A DNA stretch of 42,734 nucleotides from positions 1-42,734 of the forward strand of contig QPMI01000456.1 in the NCBI GenBank assembly GCA_004431415.1. Direction: 5' to 3'. How positions within the stretch are numbered: the stretch's first letter is position 1; every line of letters starts with the position of its first letter. Positions 37,412-42,734 of this stretch are shown piece after piece. The position numbers and the translations under genes were made by a program. The notes under the pieces are model-generated. The model searched no databases. It worked only from the letters and a program-made list of their open reading frames with translations, and had not been told where the DNA came from. Source of the stretch: Cyanophora paradoxa CCMP329. Its lineage: Eukaryota; Plantae; Glaucophyta.

Positions 37412-38331
37412 ATGAACCGGCTCGTTAATATTGATAGCAGGGATAGAAGCCAAGGACAAAATGAAAACTCTTACAGGGTCACCCTCACAAAGTAGAGAGA
37501 CCAAGGGAATGTAGGGTTCTCTATGCAGAGATTCCAAACAGTATCTATAACAGTGTGGGAACTGATCATCTAACAGTTCAGTTTAATTACCAAGATGGTT
37601 CATATAACCAAGTGATCACACAACAAGTGTATCCCCTTCCCAGTGGCTACATCAATCAGGGTCATTTTGGGGTCACACACCCTTATAATTATGGGCTGAA
37701 CTATTCAAGCTTCCAAACCATTGCAGGCAAAACAGTAGCTTTTGAGTTCAAGATATTCTACAACCCAACAACCTATAAAGTGGAGTTTTACAGTAACCAT
37801 GAGTTTCGTTTTATTGCAAGCAACCAGAGAATAGGGAAGCTTTTGGGTGTAAGTTCTACTGAATACACCACTGGGTATTATAGCACTCCTCCTGTTGGTG
37901 GATCTCCCTATCGACCTGAGAACCTTTTAAAGTATGATGGCAAACCTATTACACCTGATCACCCAGCATGGGGAATCACCTTCTCAGGACCCAGACTCTC
38001 CTCTAAGCCCTTGCAATATTATTTTGACAGCAGGAAGATGTCTGATATGAATGCTGAGCAGTATCTGTACATGCATATTAAAGAGCTGCCCCTTTGCCAG
38101 CAGACACAATATAATTCCAAAATCGCAACCACAAAACCAGGGGCATCCTTAGATTGCAATTGAGTAAGATATAGGGGCTATGTTTACCATAGTGGTGAAC
38201 ATGCAATTTATTCAAATAATGACAGAAACCTGGTGATAAGGGAACTCACAGTTGAGTTTAAAGATTACTTTGGTGAACTGATTGATATGAATGGAATCGA
38301 TAATTCTTTTCAGTTGGAGTTTATCGAATAA
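37412..38331 (+). CDS. Minor capsid (penton) protein 2
   Basis: 'MNRLVNIDSRDR..NSYRVTL...YAEIPNSIYN', 'YLYMHIKEL' and C-terminal 'FKDYFGELIDMNGIDNSFQLEF*'. Confidence 0.8.
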
Positions 38332-39864
38332 AGGCACCTGTAAAGTCAACTCTCATTGTGGGAGCATTCACATACACAAGGGGATAAATGCGAATATACT
38401 TATTCTCAGAGAATAACCTATGTAAAAAGCATCCTTGATGCTGAGAGGAAATCCACTCAATAGAGCCACATCACCTGAGTTGTGAGCATTGTTAATGTTC
38501 TCACAGACATATATTTTGTTTTGCCCATCTGATCGAATAAAAGACCAGTTGATCCCATCAGTGGATGTTGCCACATTGAAAGTCTTAATAAAAGCATTGG
38601 TGTCCCCTGATCCATAGGCAATCACAGAAGAGAGTTCAAAAGTATATGGAAAAGCAACTTGAAGGTATTCAGTGGGGGTTTCCCATATCTGCAGGAGCAT
38701 AGGCTCCAGCTTCCCAGCCAAATGCTGAAGGTCTAGCCATGAAAGGCTCTTTACCAGTCACAGAGGATGAGGCAGTGAAGGCATCATCTGCAAGCTGATA
38801 CCAATTAGCATCCAAAGGAGGTGATGTAGTGAGAGTGGATGAAATGTAAGCCTTTGTAGGGTTCTTTAGTTCATAGTTTGCTACTAAAGGCTGCAAAGCT
38901 TATTATCATATCATTGTTTGCTGCTATGTAGTTTCAGTGAAGCAAGCATATCTGGGATTTTAGAAGTGTCATCCAGGGAGCTTACTATATGATTTGGAAG
39001 AGGTACTGATAGCCTATAGTATCTCCCATAATCCTGATCATAGTTGTAGGGTAACAACTCCTCCATCTTATCAAGGGCAGAAAGCTCACTTGCAGCCATG
39101 AGCATGTTAATCAATGGGCTTCCATCTGTTGAGGCAATCCATGAGAGAATGCCCCAGCTGTTTACAGTCTCATAAGCATAACCCACATAATCAGACTCTA
39201 AATGTGGGTCCACCTCTCCACAAGAGATGCTTATTACTATTATATCATCATCATCACTGTAAATCTTCTTTGCATGGCTGTAACCACACACACTGGGATT
39301 ATTGTTTCCCGAAATGGCACCATCAATGAGACAGACATATACTCCCCGATTGAAATCAACAATGCTTACAGGAGAGAAATATGTAGGAGCAGCAGAAGTA
39401 GCCCTAGCAGCAATCTTACAAGGCATAAAGTTGTAATTGTTGTCATTTGTGATAAATATTGGTTTCATATTCTGAGTATCAAAGGATGTATCACAATGTC
39501 CTTTAGGGAATCCTGTATTAGTGATTCACCAGTAACTGAATTGATTGCAGTCTCCAAGGGTCCCACATCATACTTTGTATTAAAAGGGCATTTTCGATGA
39601 TATTTCGAGGATTTGCGAAAATCAAGGGCAGTTGAGTTAGGTAAATATTGTGTAAATCGTTTGCTGTCAGTTTAGGTTCACCTGGTTTATCAGGATGCCT
39701 TATATTCAAACCATTGCAATGATCCCACCAGTGGAAGTTCCACTCACAAGATCCACAAGATCGATTATTCTCCTGCCAGTTCGATTTTCGATTTCTTTGA
39801 GCAGCCTGGTTATGATAATGCCCCTTGCACCTCCCCCTGAAAACTGAAACGACTTGAGAGGCAT
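38321..39864 (-). CDS. Patatin-like phospholipase probably fused to an F5/8 type C (discoidin) domain
   Basis: 'FSGGGARG', 'GTSTG', 'ARATSAAPTYF', 'IDGA..NNP', then 'FTASSS...EYLQVAF...VIAYG...IKTFNVATSTDGINW'; several frameshifts. Confidence 0.8.
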
Positions 39865-39907
39865 CTTTTACTTATCAGGAATTTTATAAATCCATATAGT
39901 AAAAGCC

Positions 39908-42734
39908 ATGAGCTTCAATTACCCACCCAATCTAGAAACCATTCAAGATGATAATGCAAGCAGCACCAAGCATGTGAACTTTGATAATATTAAAGTAAAG
40001 GGTTCAGTTTCAATTGACCACAGCTCTGATAATTCATCAAAGACTCAATCAAGGGAGCATGCTTTATCTGTGAATCAAACCGATCCAGATAAAGAGGATG
40101 TCAGTGTAGCCTTTAGTTTGGGTAATGTGAAAGCAAACCAAGTGGCAGAGATCAAAGCAACAAGAAGGAGACCTAGGAAACTGAAAACCAGTGGCACTCA
40201 CCAGATATACCTTCCAGGTTCGATAGTGGTCGATTGATTTTCAATGTTCAAGATGAGCAGGGCAAACAGAACACAGCTTTGCGAATTTACAATGAGGGCA
40301 GCACTGCAAAAGCTGAGGTCCCCCAAGTATTGCAAGTGGGTCCCATTGCCAATACAAATCAGGTCTCCTACACAAATGATGTCTACCCCAAGGATATTAC
40401 ATATGACTTTGCAAGAATGAGCCTTTTGGTTTTTCTTTACTCCAAAAGATGTCCATCAAAAAAAGCCATCAATTACAATCAACAGTAGCCCCAGTCAACC
40501 AGTAGCAATCCATTTACATCCTGATTTAGTCGAAATGGATAGGCACCTTTTGCCTTTGTATAGCAATGTGAAAGACCTTGGAATTCGAACCAGGCAATGG
40601 CGAAATATCCATGGCAGCAATGTGTATGCAAATGGAGAGAAGCTTGTAGTGAGAAAACTCTAAGGGAAATCATTGAGCATTATGGTCCCAATGGACCTAC
40701 TGTCCCATTCCCTATTCCATTTCCAATGGACCACCCGATTAACACCAAAGAAACAGCCTGGAAGAGAATACACAGCAACTGAAGATGTAGCCTTTGGGCA
40801 GCATATTGTTAGTTGGGAGCAAGTTCGCAATAAACCTATAATTGAACCAGAAAGCAAATAGATGAGCAGTATTTACCTCCTGAAGTCGATATATTAGAGC
40901 TTGATGAATATCAATTCGTTCCAGATGAGGAAGAGTATTTACCAGATGGTTTTGACCCACAAGAATATGAATATGATCAGTTTGACCCCAATGAGGAGGA
41001 GATACTACCAGATGGCTTAGATCCCCAAGAGTTGAGTATGAGCAGAACTATGAACCTGATGAGGAGTATTTGCCAGATGGGCATGATCCACCAGCTGTTG
41101 ATTATGAGCAACCTTATGAACCCATGAGGAATTATTACCAGATGGATTTCGACCTGAGATCTGGGAGTTCTTTCCTGATTATGAACAAATTAATAATAAA
41201 CCTGCAAAGTATCCCCAGAGGATCACAATCATGATTGGGATGAGATCTTAGGCAAACCTCAAAAGTATCCACCAGAAGGATCACAGGCATGATTGGGGTG
41301 AAATTGATGGGATTCCAACTGAGTTCCCACAAGCAACATGAACATATTGGGATGAGATCAATGACCAACCAGAATTTGCAAAGGTGAGCCTCTTGATAAC
41401 TTGGGGTTTCTCTTTACCAGACTTGCAATTCCCTGAAAGATCTTTTTGAATGAACACTATGTATGTGAATGGGACACTTGCGAATTCAGCTATGAGAGGA
41501 CCACTTCATATTAGGACATTACCAGGCTCTTTGAAACCCCACCACCACCAGGAGCAACCATACCAAATATCTTTGTGTCAAGCTACATGGAGGCTGACAT
41601 TCCCACAGATACATTCAGAGTCCCAACAGACCCAGCAACCTACCAAAATTACAACTCTGCTATACAGGTTCATGTAGCAGATGTAAGCAGCTTAGATGGC
41701 TCAAGACCAATGATAGTTTTCAGTCGAGATAAGTATTCCTACATTCCCATAGTGGGAACTGCAAATGATAATTATGGAAGGGCAGAGCTTGCATGGATTA
41801 AAACAGATTATGGTGGGGTTCTGGAAGCCAATCAGAGGATGGCTGCAAAACATACACAATGAAAATATTTCGAGAGTGTCACAGAGGATTATTTAGAAGA
41901 GCAAGGATATATTGATGAAGGTGAACTCAACAAATATTCTTTCTCTTTTTGATCAAAAATGACACAAACCTTACAGTCACAAGTAACATACACCAGTAAC
42001 CTTTATACAAGTAACATTTTCACAAGTAACCTATGGGCAAGTAATATTTACGGAAGTAATCTAGAAGTCGACTATTTGACTGTGAATATTGAAGCAAATC
42101 TACCAATCATCCTACATCCAATGTAGTTTTAGGTTGGATCGATAACCACACCCACACAAAAGATGAAATAACAGATTTTGCACATGAGCATTTATGGGAG
42201 CATATAACAAATCCACCATTAACCTTCCACCCAGTTCTCATGAGCATTTATGGGAGCATATAACAATCCACCATTAACCTTTCACCTGATCCACACAGTC
42301 ATGATTATTCCCAGATCACAACTGCAATCACAGACACCCTTGGAGTGAAATCGATCAACAACCAGTGTTTGCACAGTTGAATGCAATCGGAAAATGTTTT
42401 CAATGGAGTCACACTTTACAATCGAGTAATACACCTGAAAGATTGTTTGAATGATCATTATGTTAGTCTCAATGGGACTTTTTACAGGTCAAACAGGCAC
42501 TCCAATGGGGAACTCTTGCAGTAAGATTACCCAGGATCCAATGTAAATGGAGTTTATGATGGTGATTTTAATGTAGGGTAAATGATACTTTCCCCAGTAT
42601 CTATGTTACGAATTATCACCCAGGTGAAACAGGACAAGTAGCCGATTTTTTCAGCAGCTATTCAAATAAACGTTACAGATCAAAGCGCATATGATGGAGC
42701 AAGACCTAAAATTGTGTTCACAAGGAGAAAGTTG
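39908..42734 (+). CDS. Large repetitive fibre/spike-like structural protein (fragmented, runs off the window)
   Basis: Acidic 'EE(Y/I)LPDG.DP' repeats (~40920-41160), 'TSN(I/L)Y' pentapeptides (~41975-42065) and HxH repeats 'HEHLWEHITNPP' (~42145-42310). Confidence 0.6.

Larger units (their letters stand above)
22294..42734. mobile_element. Endogenous Polinton-like virus / Maverick (right end beyond window)
   Basis: Abrupt GC-to-AT transition at ~22294; dense genes with rve integrase, pPolB, D5 helicase, A32 ATPase, MCP and minor capsid motifs. Confidence 0.93.

Noticed and set aside
22294-42734. Bacterial prophage, contamination or canonical virophage
   Set aside because: rve + pPolB + A32 + jelly-roll capsid set is typical of eukaryotic Preplasmiviricota; no virophage-type protease seen and the MCP appears shorter than typical virophage MCPs, though phylogeny is needed

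Overview
The window has two compositionally distinct halves. Positions 1-~22293 are GC-rich, intron-containing eukaryotic (protist/alga-like) host DNA. It holds a CC2D1A/Lgd-like DM14+C2 gene with GC-AG introns, a GST-family gene, a ~1.45 kb tandem duplication that is probably an assembly artefact, a 1.7 kb TIR element and a small repeated gene family. From ~22294 to the end (right end outside the window) lies an AT-rich, gene-dense, apparently intronless endogenous Polinton-like virus/Maverick inserted into a copy of a host repeat. It encodes an rve integrase, a protein-primed PolB (OTU-like + endonuclease VII domains, degenerate proofreading domain), a Prim-Pol/D5-type primase-helicase, an A32-like packaging ATPase, a double-jelly-roll major capsid protein, two divergent minor capsid genes, a patatin-discoidin fusion and a long fibre-like protein. 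Its non-coding signals are a terminal ~283-bp fold-back, two copies of an inverted-iteron origin-like element, a shared giant-virus-like promoter and a strong CpG-context bias. Many ORFs are frameshifted, probably at least partly from long-read indels. All family calls come from motif recognition by eye, not database searches.
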